Below are positions 37,509-46,889 of a DNA stretch of 64,000 bases, in pieces; the stretch's first letter is position 1; every line of letters begins with the position of its first letter. The notes beneath the pieces are model-generated. The model was not told the DNA's origin. It saw only the letters and a program-made list of their open reading frames with translations, and did not search any database. Source of the stretch: a virus. The stretch lies in the IMG/VR virus record IMGVR_UViG_3300023502_000002. One strand, given 5' to 3'. The position numbers were made by a program, and so were the translations under genes.

Positions 37509-37979
37509 ATGGCTGAGGAAAAACGGTCTGCGGAAGAAAAGAAAATGCAGAAAGATATAGTAGTTAGTTATAGGAACGAGAAGGAAGGTAAAGGATGCAG
37601 GGGATTGCTTGTAGCGTTCTTTTCCGAACTTCTCCATCCTGCTGTAAGTGGTAACAAGTCGGCTGAATTTCGTGCTCTAGGAGCAAAGAAAAGTATGCCG
37701 GACCTTGCTTATATACATGACGGTAAGATATATGGCATAGAACTTAAAATGCCTGACAGTAACCATGACCGTAATCATATAATAGAACAGGCTGATGTGA
37801 TGGCTACATATTTCTTTAGAGGATATTTCGTATGGTCTAAGGAAATGTTGTGGAATATACTTGACGCTATTGAGCGTGGTCAGCCTATAATGTCGAATAC
37901 ATTGCAGGTTAAGGATTACTGTTTACGTAACAGCACTACAAAAGTAAGTTTTGAAAAAATAATAAAAATATTGGCATGA
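37509..37979 (+). CDS. VRR-NUC-like PD-(D/E)XK nuclease
   Basis: ..MPDLAYIHDGKIYGIELKMPD...IEQ.. matches the D..(E/D)xK..Q layout. Confidence 0.45.
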   Translation: MAEEKRSAEEKKMQKDIVVSYRNEKEGKGCRGLLVAFFSELLHPAVSGNKSAEFRALGAKKSMPDLAYIHDGKIYGIELKMPDSNHDRNHIIEQADVMATYFFRGYFVWSKEMLWNILDAIERGQPIMSNTLQVKDYCLRNSTTKVSFEKIIKILA

Positions 37980-39142
37980 ATAAGATAATTTTTGATAGAA
38001 AAGTTTTATATTCAACGTTAAACTCAGCCAAAGCCTGCCTTTCCGATACAGGCTTGACGATACTTAAATGTTTCCGTTTTAAATATGTAGCATCAGAAAA
38101 TTCAATAGAGGTTACTTCATACAATAACCTTAATGAGATGCGTTTGATCATTCCAGTTGTTGATTCAGACTGTAATGACGGACAGGAGTTTGCAGTAGAC
38201 GGAATAAGACTTGTAAAGCTGCTCAAAACAGTAAAGGATTCCATTGTTACGGTAAAGATATATGATAAGGATATAATATTCTCTTACAATGGCAGTGAAG
38301 CGTCTTTCTTTGCGGAAGATGTAGAATCTTATCCTGATATTAAAATGGGTAAGCGTGGTACCGGGATAAGGGTCAACTTGAACAGGAATGATCTGTATAG
38401 AGCATTAAAAAGGAACATAGGATTTAATGATATCAGTGACGTTGTGACCAGCCTTAGTGGAGTGGGGATAAATTTTATTTGTTCCAATAATTGCATTGAT
38501 ATATGTTCGTCCGATAAGATTGTATTTGTAAGAGATGTTATAGAATGTCAGCCGGATATATCCAAGGACTTGTGCATAAATGTAATGCCTACTTCGGTAA
38601 AGGAAGCGTTATCTTTTCTTGAGATGTTGTCAGAAGAAAATGTAACTGTTTCTGTATCTGATGATGAAAGGGTGATGTCTATATATTATGGGGATTTCGG
38701 TTCTGTCTTTAATTGTACGCTGATGGAGGTTAAGTTTGTAAACTACACACCATTGGTAAACAATATAAAATCAAACTTTAATTACTTTATTAAAGCAAGA
38801 AATAGCGACTTGATAGATTCCCTTTCAAGAATAAAGGTAATGTCAGATGTGTATAACATATCACATTTTGTTTGCAGGGAGGGGGATAATAAAATGGATA
38901 TAACATACACAAATGATGCAGGGTATAAAATATCGGAAAATGTCGGAATTGAAGGATATTGTCAAGGGCGTTTGGATTGCAATCTGAATATTGAAAAGAT
39001 GATTAACGCATTGAAAGTGTTCCCTGGGGATTATGTCACATTGGCATATACCAATCCTGAGAATAATGCTCCTATATGTATCATTAATGAAGAGGGTAAT
39101 TATAAATTAATGGGCGTAGTAAACATTTTTAAGAGTTGCTAA
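37976..39142 (+). CDS. DNA polymerase III beta sliding-clamp-like protein
   Basis: 388 aa with DnaN-like length and layout: N-terminal F.R..L...L, ..ESYPD.., ..VKFVNYTPL.. (compare E. coli GRFPDYRRVL), C-terminal Y.LMGVV. Confidence 0.55.
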   Translation: MNKIIFDRKVLYSTLNSAKACLSDTGLTILKCFRFKYVASENSIEVTSYNNLNEMRLIIPVVDSDCNDGQEFAVDGIRLVKLLKTVKDSIVTVKIYDKDIIFSYNGSEASFFAEDVESYPDIKMGKRGTGIRVNLNRNDLYRALKRNIGFNDISDVVTSLSGVGINFICSNNCIDICSSDKIVFVRDVIECQPDISKDLCINVMPTSVKEALSFLEMLSEENVTVSVSDDERVMSIYYGDFGSVFNCTLMEVKFVNYTPLVNNIKSNFNYFIKARNSDLIDSLSRIKVMSDVYNISHFVCREGDNKMDITYTNDAGYKISENVGIEGYCQGRLDCNLNIEKMINALKVFPGDYVTLAYTNPENNAPICIINEEGNYKLMGVVNIFKSC

Positions 39143-39175
39143 CTATTGTTTAACCTATCGAATATACCGTTTTAT

Positions 39176-39183
39176 TATTTTTG
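39176..39183 (+). promoter_or_regulatory. -7 box TAttTTTG
   Basis: Exact motif 19 nt upstream of the ATG at 39203. Confidence 0.45.
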
Positions 39184-39202
39184 CAACAAAAATATATAAC
39201 TC

Positions 39203-40276
39203 ATGGAAAACGAAGAAAGAACAATTCAGATTCTCGCTGAAACAATAGATAGGTTAAACAAGACGATAGAATCACAGAACAGGTTGATTGAGGATTTAAA
39301 AAACAGACTTGAAACAATTCAGAACGAATATAGCCCTTCAATTATGACTGTAGGAGTATTGATAGAAAAGTTGAATAATACAAAGACAAGAAGCGGAAAG
39401 GTAAGATTTGAAGCATTATCCAAACATATAATGCCATATCTTACCAATCAGCTTTATGACGAGTATGATTTTAATGATGCCATTCCTACGTTCAAGGAAG
39501 TCCCGTCCGTTGAAAAGCCTGTCAATCGTGACATGATAGATGATATGATCAATGTTATAAAATCAAAGAGAAAGATAAGCGAATCATCCCAAAAGGCATA
39601 TCTTTTAATGCTTAAAAGAATATTGTCCGAATCAAAAGAGATGAGTAAATATATCAATGATTATATTATCTCTCTAGACGTAAAATCTCCTTCAAATATA
39701 TCTCTTACGGAGGAAGAAATAGAACTATTCTGGAATGTTGAGCCATTTGACGTTACGGAAAAAATTGTAAAGAAATTGTTTCTGATACAATGCTATACTG
39801 CCATGAGATATTCCGATATTTTCAGATTGAAAGATTCTATGATGGAGGGAAATGTTATTTCGTATATATCAAAAAAGACAGGTAAGAACGTTGAGGTTCC
39901 TGTACCTTCCAAGATTATAGAAATGATAAAAGAGGTTAGATCGTTCGATAAATACAATATAGAATCTTCCTTAAAGACTACTATGAATGAAGTTCTACCA
40001 ACTCTTGGATGTAGAGCAGGTATAAACAAGCAGGTATTTGTAAGACGGGCAAATGTACTTATGAAAGGGCCGAAGTACCAGTTCATCAAAACACATACAG
40101 GACGTAGAACAGCTATTACCAGATGGGCTAATATGGGAATACCAGAAGGAGAACTGAAATCTATGGCTGGTCATTCTGATATAAGAACCACGAACAGATA
40201 TATTACTGCAAGCGTATCAAATAAAACCAAAAATATTTTAACGGATGGAAATATTGGAGAATGTGCTGTCGATTGA
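39203..40276 (+). CDS. tyrosine recombinase / phage integrase family protein
   Basis: ..AMRYSD.., HTGRRTAITRWA, GHSDIRTTNRYI (R..HxxR..H..Y catalytic set). Confidence 0.8.
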   Translation: MENEERTIQILAETIDRLNKTIESQNRLIEDLKNRLETIQNEYSPSIMTVGVLIEKLNNTKTRSGKVRFEALSKHIMPYLTNQLYDEYDFNDAIPTFKEVPSVEKPVNRDMIDDMINVIKSKRKISESSQKAYLLMLKRILSESKEMSKYINDYIISLDVKSPSNISLTEEEIELFWNVEPFDVTEKIVKKLFLIQCYTAMRYSDIFRLKDSMMEGNVISYISKKTGKNVEVPVPSKIIEMIKEVRSFDKYNIESSLKTTMNEVLPTLGCRAGINKQVFVRRANVLMKGPKYQFIKTHTGRRTAITRWANMGIPEGELKSMAGHSDIRTTNRYITASVSNKTKNILTDGNIGECAVD

Positions 40277-40541
40277 AAAAATAAAATACCTGAAAGAACT
40301 TGGAGTGAATACAGGTAATGCATCAATGACTTGGATGTTATATCCTTATGAGGAAGGCAAACAACCACAATTATCTTTACGAGAGTGGAGAACTTTCAAG
40401 GAACCGTTCAGAAAAGAACATTGTATTCCTGCATTTACTTTGCTTGACATTTTGAAACTGTTACCAAAAGAGATAGAAACAGGAACGGATACTTATTGGA
40501 TTACAATGTATTTTAGTGACAATTGTTGGCATATATGTTAG
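40245..40541 (+). CDS. hypothetical protein (98 aa)
   Basis: ORF, ATG checked. Confidence 0.5.
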   Translation: MEILENVLSIEKIKYLKELGVNTGNASMTWMLYPYEEGKQPQLSLREWRTFKEPFRKEHCIPAFTLLDILKLLPKEIETGTDTYWITMYFSDNCWHIC

Positions 40542-40693
40542 GCATTAAGGAACAAACGATAATTAACCTCCATCATTCTAATTATAATCCACAAAAGGGA
40601 TATGTGGATGAATGGTTATACAATGTATGGGATGGTGCGAAATCTTTAGGATGGGCACCTGAGTGCGACTTGGTAATTAATAAACCTTCATAA
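40535..40693 (+). CDS. hypothetical small protein (52 aa)
   Basis: Read manually; overlaps the upstream stop. Confidence 0.3.
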   Translation: MLGIKEQTIINLHHSNYNPQKGYVDEWLYNVWDGAKSLGWAPECDLVINKPS

Positions 40694-40703
40694 CGAAACA
40701 GAT

Positions 40704-40874
40704 ATGAACGAATTGGAACAAGATAAAAGATATGTTTTTGGAGATATGATTATAGTAGCCACTACTGACTTTGACTTTAATCCTATCCTAAAAATTAGCA
40801 CAGATGCCAGAAATGTGGTTGTAATGCCATCATCCGATAATAAGATTATTGTAAAATCAACCGTGGATAAATAA
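40704..40874 (+). CDS. hypothetical small protein (56 aa)
   Basis: Read manually. Confidence 0.3.
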   Translation: MNELEQDKRYVFGDMIIVATTDFDFNPILKISTDARNVVVMPSSDNKIIVKSTVDK

Positions 40875-40894
40875 AAAATTAGAAGGAGGTAATT

Positions 40895-41176
40895 ATGGGA
40901 TCATTTATAGCCCAACAGCCAAACGGCTTATATTGTCGGTTTAGTACAATTGTTGATACAGTCACGCACTACAATATGACAAAAGATGATTACATAGAAG
41001 TATGCAAAGACCGATTAGGAAAGAAACGTGGAGAAGAAGAGGCTAATGATATTTTAAAAAACTATCTGCACCCTTTTAACGATATTCTTGAACAATTCAT
41101 TCCTAATAATGATTCGGTTGAAGAGTTTAATATCCGCTTGAAAGAGATGGGATATATGGATGAGTTTAATGGATAA
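40895..41176 (+). CDS. hypothetical protein (93 aa)
   Basis: ATG preceded by aggagg (40884-40889). Confidence 0.6.
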   Translation: MGSFIAQQPNGLYCRFSTIVDTVTHYNMTKDDYIEVCKDRLGKKRGEEEANDILKNYLHPFNDILEQFIPNNDSVEEFNIRLKEMGYMDEFNG

Positions 41177-41184
41177 TCCTAAAA

Positions 41185-41589
41185 ATGAAGAAATTATTGA
41201 ACAAGATAGATATGAAACAGACAGTAGAAGAAGTGGCACGTGAAGCGGCAGAAGATTGTTATGAATGCCATTACGATGATAGCTTAGAAATGAGATTAGT
41301 TAAAGAGGCATTCAGACAAGGTGCCGAATGGCAGTCCAAGCAATCGCCTTGGATAAGCGTTAAGGAAAAGGCTGGTTGTGACACATCAGATGATTGTATT
41401 GTAATGGTTGCGAATGGTGATATATTCAAAGCGTATTTTTCATCTAAAAACAAATGGATGAAAAGTAATGGAGGCTATTATGATGAGGTTATAGATGATG
41501 TTGTTGCATGGATGCCCATCCCGTCTTTCGATGATATACTCGAAGCTAACAGGGATGTACTTGAACGAATTAAAGAGAAAGGGGACTAA
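41185..41589 (+). CDS. hypothetical protein (134 aa)
   Basis: ORF, ATG checked. Confidence 0.6.
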   Translation: MKKLLNKIDMKQTVEEVAREAAEDCYECHYDDSLEMRLVKEAFRQGAEWQSKQSPWISVKEKAGCDTSDDCIVMVANGDIFKAYFSSKNKWMKSNGGYYDEVIDDVVAWMPIPSFDDILEANRDVLERIKEKGD

Positions 41590-41590
41590 T

Positions 41591-41758
41591 ATGGAAAGGT
41601 ACAGAATCATACGAGGAGAAGGGTGCAACGGTTGTATTCCCATAATAATATATTGGGTACAAGTCAGAAAAGACAAACGTATTTCATACGAATGGGTGAA
41701 TGTAAAGGGCTTTGACACCTATAAGAGAGCTAAAGAGTTGTTGAATGTTTTAAAATGA
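41591..41758 (+). CDS. hypothetical small protein (55 aa from ATG 41591)
   Basis: ATG lies 1 nt after the upstream stop. Confidence 0.4.
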   Translation: MERYRIIRGEGCNGCIPIIIYWVQVRKDKRISYEWVNVKGFDTYKRAKELLNVLK

Positions 41759-41768
41759 GGAATTGATT

Positions 41769-42065
41769 ATGAGCAAATATAGATACAGAGAAGTAAAGAA
41801 CTATATCCATAACGAACTAAAGTTGACTAAAGAGGATATAAAGGATATAATAGTTTCAATCGTAAAAGAGGAAGTTAAACGTATCTTCCATAACACCTAT
41901 GGGGACGATGTTAATATAGAGAGGTGGATTCGTTGTATGGTTTCTGACGAGATAAAGAAAAACGGTGATTTCTTAATGATAAGAAATTTGTGTAGGGAGA
42001 TAATTAAGGAGGAAATTGTCGATAGGTTGTCAATTGATATAAGCCTTAAAAAGAAGGAGGAATAA
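41769..42065 (+). CDS. hypothetical protein (98 aa)
   Basis: Track start is TTG; ATG is at 41769. Confidence 0.55.
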   Translation: MSKYRYREVKNYIHNELKLTKEDIKDIIVSIVKEEVKRIFHNTYGDDVNIERWIRCMVSDEIKKNGDFLMIRNLCREIIKEEIVDRLSIDISLKKKEE

Positions 42066-42067
42066 TT

Positions 42068-42244
42068 ATGAGTATGTTTACGTTAGAGGAAGTGAATCAA
42101 GCGATCAATATGGCAGTTGACGAAACATCTAGAAAGGCAGTTGAAGTTCTTTCGTCTGTATTGGACAATTGGGTACATGGCGGTGATGCAGATTGTATCA
42201 TTGCGGAGTTTGAGGAAAAGTTAAATGAAGCAATTAATGGATAA
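42068..42244 (+). CDS. hypothetical small protein (58 aa); intact homolog of the remnant at 58436-58556
   Basis: aggagg SD at 42055-42060; read manually. Confidence 0.5.
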   Translation: MSMFTLEEVNQAINMAVDETSRKAVEVLSSVLDNWVHGGDADCIIAEFEEKLNEAING

Positions 42245-42262
42245 AAGATGATGGGTGTATAG

Positions 42263-42532
42263 ATGAAAACCATGAAAGGAAATATATTTGACAAAATAAG
42301 AAAAGCATATAATAAATACATAGAGTATATGATTGCTTGTGATGATATAGCCAAAGAAGCACAAAAACATATAGATTGGGATGATAATGTTTCATGTGAA
42401 TATTATCCGTCTGATGGGATATGTATAATGATAGACGAGCATGTTTGTTATGCTAATACATTCTTTGACTTGGTAGAAGAATCAGAAAACGGTATGATTG
42501 ATAGGAAAACATATATGAGAAATTGTATTTGA
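42263..42532 (+). CDS. hypothetical protein (89 aa)
   Basis: ORF, ATG checked. Confidence 0.55.
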   Translation: MKTMKGNIFDKIRKAYNKYIEYMIACDDIAKEAQKHIDWDDNVSCEYYPSDGICIMIDEHVCYANTFFDLVEESENGMIDRKTYMRNCI

Positions 42533-42534
42533 TT

Positions 42535-42735
42535 ATGGAAATAAATAACGGAATAATAATAGACGGAGTGTTGCATGAATTGTGCGTTGGAATATGTGAT
42601 GAGTGCTCATTACAAAATGAGTGTGATGATAGTTCAGAAATCATTTGCGATATAGCTTATGAAAACCCAAACATGGACCAATGCTTTGTCAGTCGTGGGA
42701 AAGTAACGGATATTAAGATAGATAAGGAGGAATAA
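42535..42735 (+). CDS. hypothetical protein (66 aa)
   Basis: ATG at 42535 just after the upstream stop. Confidence 0.5.
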   Translation: MEINNGIIIDGVLHELCVGICDECSLQNECDDSSEIICDIAYENPNMDQCFVSRGKVTDIKIDKEE

Positions 42736-42737
42736 TT

Positions 42738-43217
42738 ATGGGATTTACAACACCGTGTTTTATACGCAAAAATACACAGGAACTTCGGAGAGGGCTGGAA
42801 GAATTGGGGTATTCACATGGTAAGCCTAAATATTATGCAGATGATGATAATAAGTATGATTTTATTATGTGTCATAATGGAATATTCTTTTTACTATCCC
42901 AAAAGAATCATGTGATAAGAAATGGGCATCCTTTGAAAAAATATGGAAGTGTTGATTGCGGAACGAATGAAGAACTATTCCTGGCTATCGCTGCATTGAG
43001 GGATGATAGTAACTACATGCAGTGGTTTATAGCAGATTCCATTCTTAGCGTTTCTTATGGCGATTCTATTGGTAATGATCATTATTTCACAGAACTCAAA
43101 GGCATTATGTTCTTTTGGGATGAAAATTGGGATAATGCAACCATTATTTCAGGACGTTATCACAAGGCCACCGTAAACGAACTGATTGAACATTTTAAAA
43201 CAAAGGAGGAACAATGA
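42738..43217 (+). CDS. hypothetical protein (159 aa)
   Basis: aaggagg SD at 42724-42730. Confidence 0.6.
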   Translation: MGFTTPCFIRKNTQELRRGLEELGYSHGKPKYYADDDNKYDFIMCHNGIFFLLSQKNHVIRNGHPLKKYGSVDCGTNEELFLAIAALRDDSNYMQWFIADSILSVSYGDSIGNDHYFTELKGIMFFWDENWDNATIISGRYHKATVNELIEHFKTKEEQ

Positions 43218-43510
43218 AAGCAAGAGTAAAATCAACAGGAGTTTTGGTAGATGTAACTCCCCAATTAAACATCAACTCTCAACATAGCAAAGATTATTTA
43301 TATGTATGTGATAACATGGTTTACAGAGAATGCGAACTTGATTTTTCAGCTATTGACTGGGAACAGAGGCGATATGAACTAGCGAAAGCTGCCATGCAAG
43401 GATTTTGCAGCAATTCACATGAACAGGTAATGAATGCTAGTTTAAATATGACAGTAGAATGGAGCCTTGGTTTCGCTGATGCGCTAATAAAGAAATTGAA
43501 AGGAGAATAA
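43214..43510 (+). CDS. hypothetical protein (98 aa)
   Basis: aggagg SD upstream. Confidence 0.55.
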   Translation: MKARVKSTGVLVDVTPQLNINSQHSKDYLYVCDNMVYRECELDFSAIDWEQRRYELAKAAMQGFCSNSHEQVMNASLNMTVEWSLGFADALIKKLKGE

Positions 43511-43514
43511 AATT

Positions 43515-43886
43515 ATGACCGAAGAACTTGTAACATTAGAAACAGCAAAGATGCTGAAAGAGAAAGGATTTAATGAGTATTGCAAAGATATTATTAATCA
43601 TAAGGGTATAATGATGGAAACCATATTTAGAACTAGTAAGGATTTACCTAAATTATTTTATTCTTGCCCTACTCAATCCGTTGCCCAGAAGTGGTTACGT
43701 GAAACCAAAAATATTCATATATGTGTATATAACTGTGCTTGTGGCTATGGATACGAAATATCTAAAGCTGACAATGGAACTCATATAACTAGTTCTGTTT
43801 ATGAAGGAACAAATGACGGAGGAAAATGGGATACCTACGAAGAAACACTTGAAGCAGGTTTACAGGAAACATTAAAATTGATATAA
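43515..43886 (+). CDS. hypothetical protein (123 aa); C-terminus shared with 23338-23550
   Basis: See the repeat at 43831-43896. Confidence 0.6.
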   Translation: MTEELVTLETAKMLKEKGFNEYCKDIINHKGIMMETIFRTSKDLPKLFYSCPTQSVAQKWLRETKNIHICVYNCACGYGYEISKADNGTHITSSVYEGTNDGGKWDTYEETLEAGLQETLKLI

Positions 43887-43888
43887 AA

Positions 43889-44098
43889 ATGAAAAGAATA
43901 ATTACTGTCCAAGACATGATTGACGAACTAATGTTAGTTGTCAATAAGGATGCTGAAATAAATATCGTAATGAATACAGGAGATTATCAAACTGAATACA
44001 TTCCTGATCTATATGATTTTTCTGTCATTGATTTTACTGATGTACATCCTGATGATGGAAACTCGGAAAATAAAGTGGTAATAGAAATGTTTCGTTAA
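43889..44098 (+). CDS. hypothetical protein (69 aa)
   Basis: ORF, ATG checked. Confidence 0.5.
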   Translation: MKRIITVQDMIDELMLVVNKDAEINIVMNTGDYQTEYIPDLYDFSVIDFTDVHPDDGNSENKVVIEMFR

Positions 44099-44132
44099 AA
44101 GAGAAATAAATAACACTCAAAACATAAAAGAA

Positions 44133-44615
44133 ATGAATACAACTTTTGAAAGATCGTCTAATAGTACCGATGAATGGTACACACCGAAAGAAATTATAGA
44201 CGCATTAGGTGAATTTGATTTAGACCCATGTGCCCCCATGCACCCTCTTTGGCCTACTGCAAAAATCATGTACAACAAGCAGGACAATGGTCTTATACAA
44301 AATTGGGGAGGGCGAATTTGGCTTAACCCTCCGTACTCCAAACCGCTTATGTGGCAGTTTGTAGAGAAATTGGCAGAACACGGCAACGGTATAGCACTAC
44401 TTTTTAACCGGTGTGACAGCAATAAGTTTCAAGACATCATCTTCACGAAAGCAACCGGTATGATGTTTTTGAGGAATCGAATAAAATTCTTCCGTCCAGA
44501 CGGAACTCGTGGGGACAGCCCCGGTTGTGGAAGTGTTCTTATTGCATTTGGCCGGGAAAATGCCGAAATATTGAGAACCTGCGATATTGCAGGAAAGTAC
44601 GTTAGAATCAATTAG
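44133..44615 (+). CDS. phage-type DNA N6-adenine methyltransferase (Dam-like)
   Basis: ..DEWYTPKEI.., ..FDLDPCA.., ..WLNPPYS.. Confidence 0.75.
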   Translation: MNTTFERSSNSTDEWYTPKEIIDALGEFDLDPCAPMHPLWPTAKIMYNKQDNGLIQNWGGRIWLNPPYSKPLMWQFVEKLAEHGNGIALLFNRCDSNKFQDIIFTKATGMMFLRNRIKFFRPDGTRGDSPGCGSVLIAFGRENAEILRTCDIAGKYVRIN

Positions 44616-44626
44616 AATGACAAAAA

Positions 44627-44947
44627 ATGAATAAGGAAGAATTTTTAAGCAAAAGATACGCCATTGATTTAAAGCTAAAAGAATTGAATGGAGAAAAGGA
44701 ACAGTTGGAAAAGGAATACATTGAATCCAACCAAGTATTCCCTATTGGAAGCAAAGTCTGTATAACGGTCATGGCTCATGAAAGGATATTAGTTCCCGAA
44801 GCGAAGAAGTTAGCCTATATTGCAGATTATGATATTGATGATAACGGAGAGGTTGTACCCTCTTTAAGACAGTTGGATTGCAATGGGGGCATGTCAGCAA
44901 TACCTTTATTTGTTAATTTAAAGAAGGCTATAATTGAATTAGCGTAA
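44627..44947 (+). CDS. hypothetical protein (106 aa), paralog of 22205-22555
   Basis: Shared MNKEEF...LEKEYIESN..FPIGSKVCIT. Confidence 0.6.
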   Translation: MNKEEFLSKRYAIDLKLKELNGEKEQLEKEYIESNQVFPIGSKVCITVMAHERILVPEAKKLAYIADYDIDDNGEVVPSLRQLDCNGGMSAIPLFVNLKKAIIELA

Positions 44948-44959
44948 ATCAGATTAGGA

Positions 44960-45295
44960 ATGAATATGAGTGGAAAAGATGTATTAAGGCTATTACTTAT
45001 CAGTTACGGTTTTTGCCGTAATATTGAGATAAGTACTTATATTGGAGATGGTGGATGGATTGGTTACGAAGTATCGGCTAGTAATGACGATGGCATTGAA
45101 TACTATGCAGTAGATTGTGAAGGTTTACTTTTTCATATATACGAGATACAGAAATTTATGAGAGATGGAAATATTGAACCTCGTTTAATGCTTGGAAACT
45201 CTAGCAACAAACATCTTCTTTCAGATGAGTCTTTAAATAAGCTACTGAATATGTCAGAGAATAAAAATTACTGTAAAACAAACCCTTATGAATAG
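44960..45295 (+). CDS. hypothetical protein (111 aa)
   Basis: ORF, ATG checked. Confidence 0.55.
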   Translation: MNMSGKDVLRLLLISYGFCRNIEISTYIGDGGWIGYEVSASNDDGIEYYAVDCEGLLFHIYEIQKFMRDGNIEPRLMLGNSSNKHLLSDESLNKLLNMSENKNYCKTNPYE

Positions 45296-45557
45296 GCGTA
45301 AAACTGATATAGATATGAACAATTTAAAATTATATATCGCCCGTGACGAAGGCAAATGGGATGAAGATGTACAAAAGGCAGGAGAACTGAACCTGTTCTA
45401 TGACACCCCGCAACTTCTGTTTAACGTAAAAGACTGGACATCATACTGGGGAAATGCCCGTAAGATAGCACATATTCCATCATACATGTATCCTCAAATC
45501 AAGGATAAGGAGTGTTATGTTTTCAACAATCTTGAATTATACCAAAGTTTCAACTAA
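45288..45557 (+). CDS. hypothetical protein (89 aa), last gene of the rightward block
   Basis: ORF, ATG checked. Confidence 0.55.
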   Translation: MNRRKTDIDMNNLKLYIARDEGKWDEDVQKAGELNLFYDTPQLLFNVKDWTSYWGNARKIAHIPSYMYPQIKDKECYVFNNLELYQSFN

Positions 45558-45560
45558 TAA

Positions 45561-45595
45561 GAGAGAGGATAGGCAGTTAGCCTATCTTCTCTTTT
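45561..45595 (+). terminator. rho-independent terminator at the convergence point
   Basis: gagagaggataggc / gcctatcttctc stem (~13 bp including G-U pairs), 5-nt loop, then TTTT. Confidence 0.65.
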
Positions 45596-45746
45596 CGTAT
45601 TTTCTTTTCATCTTTCTTCTTTCCACCCGTGTCATTCCCATGCTTTGAGCAATACCGAACAGGATTTCCTTTTCCGAATCATTAAGCATATCATATACTT
45701 CTTCTTTGCTTTTTCCGCTAATCATAGCCATAAAAATCTTTTTCAT
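45582..45746 (-). CDS. hypothetical small basic protein (54 aa)
   Basis: Read manually; ATG lies 6 nt after the upstream stop. Confidence 0.35.
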   Translation of the reverse strand: MKKIFMAMISGKSKEEVYDMLNDSEKEILFGIAQSMGMTRVERRKMKRKYEKRR

Positions 45747-45752
45747 AATGAT

Positions 45753-46163
45753 TTATTTTAGTTTTTTCTTACAACAATCGCAAATCTCGTCTTTTATAGG
45801 TTTTGTAAATAAAGCACCTACATATCCTGCAAGGTATCCAGCTTCTTCTGATGAAGGCTTTATGCCATAATGATCAATTATATGACCAATCATGTGTTGT
45901 TTTTCATGCTCCAGTGTATTCATAAATTCTTCATCAGACGTACTGTGACTGATAATAATTACAGTGCACTTATTGTTTGAATACGTTACACCGTAATTGT
46001 ATTTTTCAGTCTTTATCTTATCCGTTATCCTGTTCAGCAAATGAAAAGGACAGCCAATATATTCCAGTCTGTATATCGCTCTTAAATAAGAGTATTTATC
46101 CACAGAATAGAATACATCAACCGTCCAGTCATATTCCTCAATGTATAGTCTTTGTCGTACCAT
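45753..46163 (-). CDS. putative zinc metallopeptidase (HExxH)
   Basis: LEHEKQHMIGH motif. The ATG at 46163 avoids overlap with the upstream gene. Confidence 0.35.
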   Translation of the reverse strand: MVRQRLYIEEYDWTVDVFYSVDKYSYLRAIYRLEYIGCPFHLLNRITDKIKTEKYNYGVTYSNNKCTVIIISHSTSDEEFMNTLEHEKQHMIGHIIDHYGIKPSSEEAGYLAGYVGALFTKPIKDEICDCCKKKLK

Positions 46164-46168
46164 AGCAA

Positions 46169-46576
46169 TCAGATATAATCCTCCCAAGAGAAAGGTGTTC
46201 CACAGGCTATACACTTTGCGTAATACTCGTCAAGAGCACGGGTAGGGCTTCCGTCAACATCGTCAAGATAGTCTTTTACAAACATACAGGCATATTGCTC
46301 ATTGACTATGGATGAACCCATATAGTCGGCACGTACCATATTCAATACATAAACCTTGTTGTATTCCACATCATTCTTCAACTCAACATTGAATTGCTTC
46401 ATTAATGTTTCCACTTGATCCTTGTCATACGGGTGTATTTTGTTTCCGTTCCTGTCTTTCATTTTGGAAACGGCATATTCACATAATTTCTTAGAGAAGT
46501 TCCATCCGTGTTCCGCAAGATATTTTTCCATTCCCGAAGGAAGTTTCTCATATACATCTAATCTCGTTCTTTCCAT
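46169..46576 (-). CDS. hypothetical protein (135 aa from ATG 46576)
   Basis: ORF; start uncertain (46609 or 46576). Confidence 0.55.
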   Translation of the reverse strand: MERTRLDVYEKLPSGMEKYLAEHGWNFSKKLCEYAVSKMKDRNGNKIHPYDKDQVETLMKQFNVELKNDVEYNKVYVLNMVRADYMGSSIVNEQYACMFVKDYLDDVDGSPTRALDEYYAKCIACGTPFSWEDYI

Positions 46577-46635
46577 AGCTTTTGTTTTTAAAAAGATAGC
46601 CCGTAGCAAACCACTACGGGCTTAAACCAATTTAA

Positions 46636-46884
46636 TTAGCGTCTACGTCTGGCGTAAGGACCAGTACCTTTGACTCCGCGTCTTTCTCCGTACTCATCAT
46701 CATCATCCCACATTCTTTCGCCATAACCGCCTCCACTTCGTCCGCCACGTCCGCCACGTTCACCATAGCGATCTTCCATTTCTTCCATAGCGTCACGATA
46801 ACCTTCTTTATACGCTTTTTCTAATTCCCGGTCCATATCTTCACCTTCAAAGCTACGGCCCATTCCATATACTTTCCAACCCAT
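46636..46884 (-). CDS. small Arg/Gly- and Asp/Glu-rich low-complexity protein
   Basis: ..ERGGRGGRSGGGYGERMWDDDDEYGERRG...ARRRR. Confidence 0.55.
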   Translation of the reverse strand: MGWKVYGMGRSFEGEDMDRELEKAYKEGYRDAMEEMEDRYGERGGRGGRSGGGYGERMWDDDDEYGERRGVKGTGPYARRRR

Positions 46885-46889
46885 AGTAT

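Noticed and set aside
39143-40600. attP next to the integrase
   Set aside because: I could find no convincing core or arm-type repeats, and no tRNA fragment.
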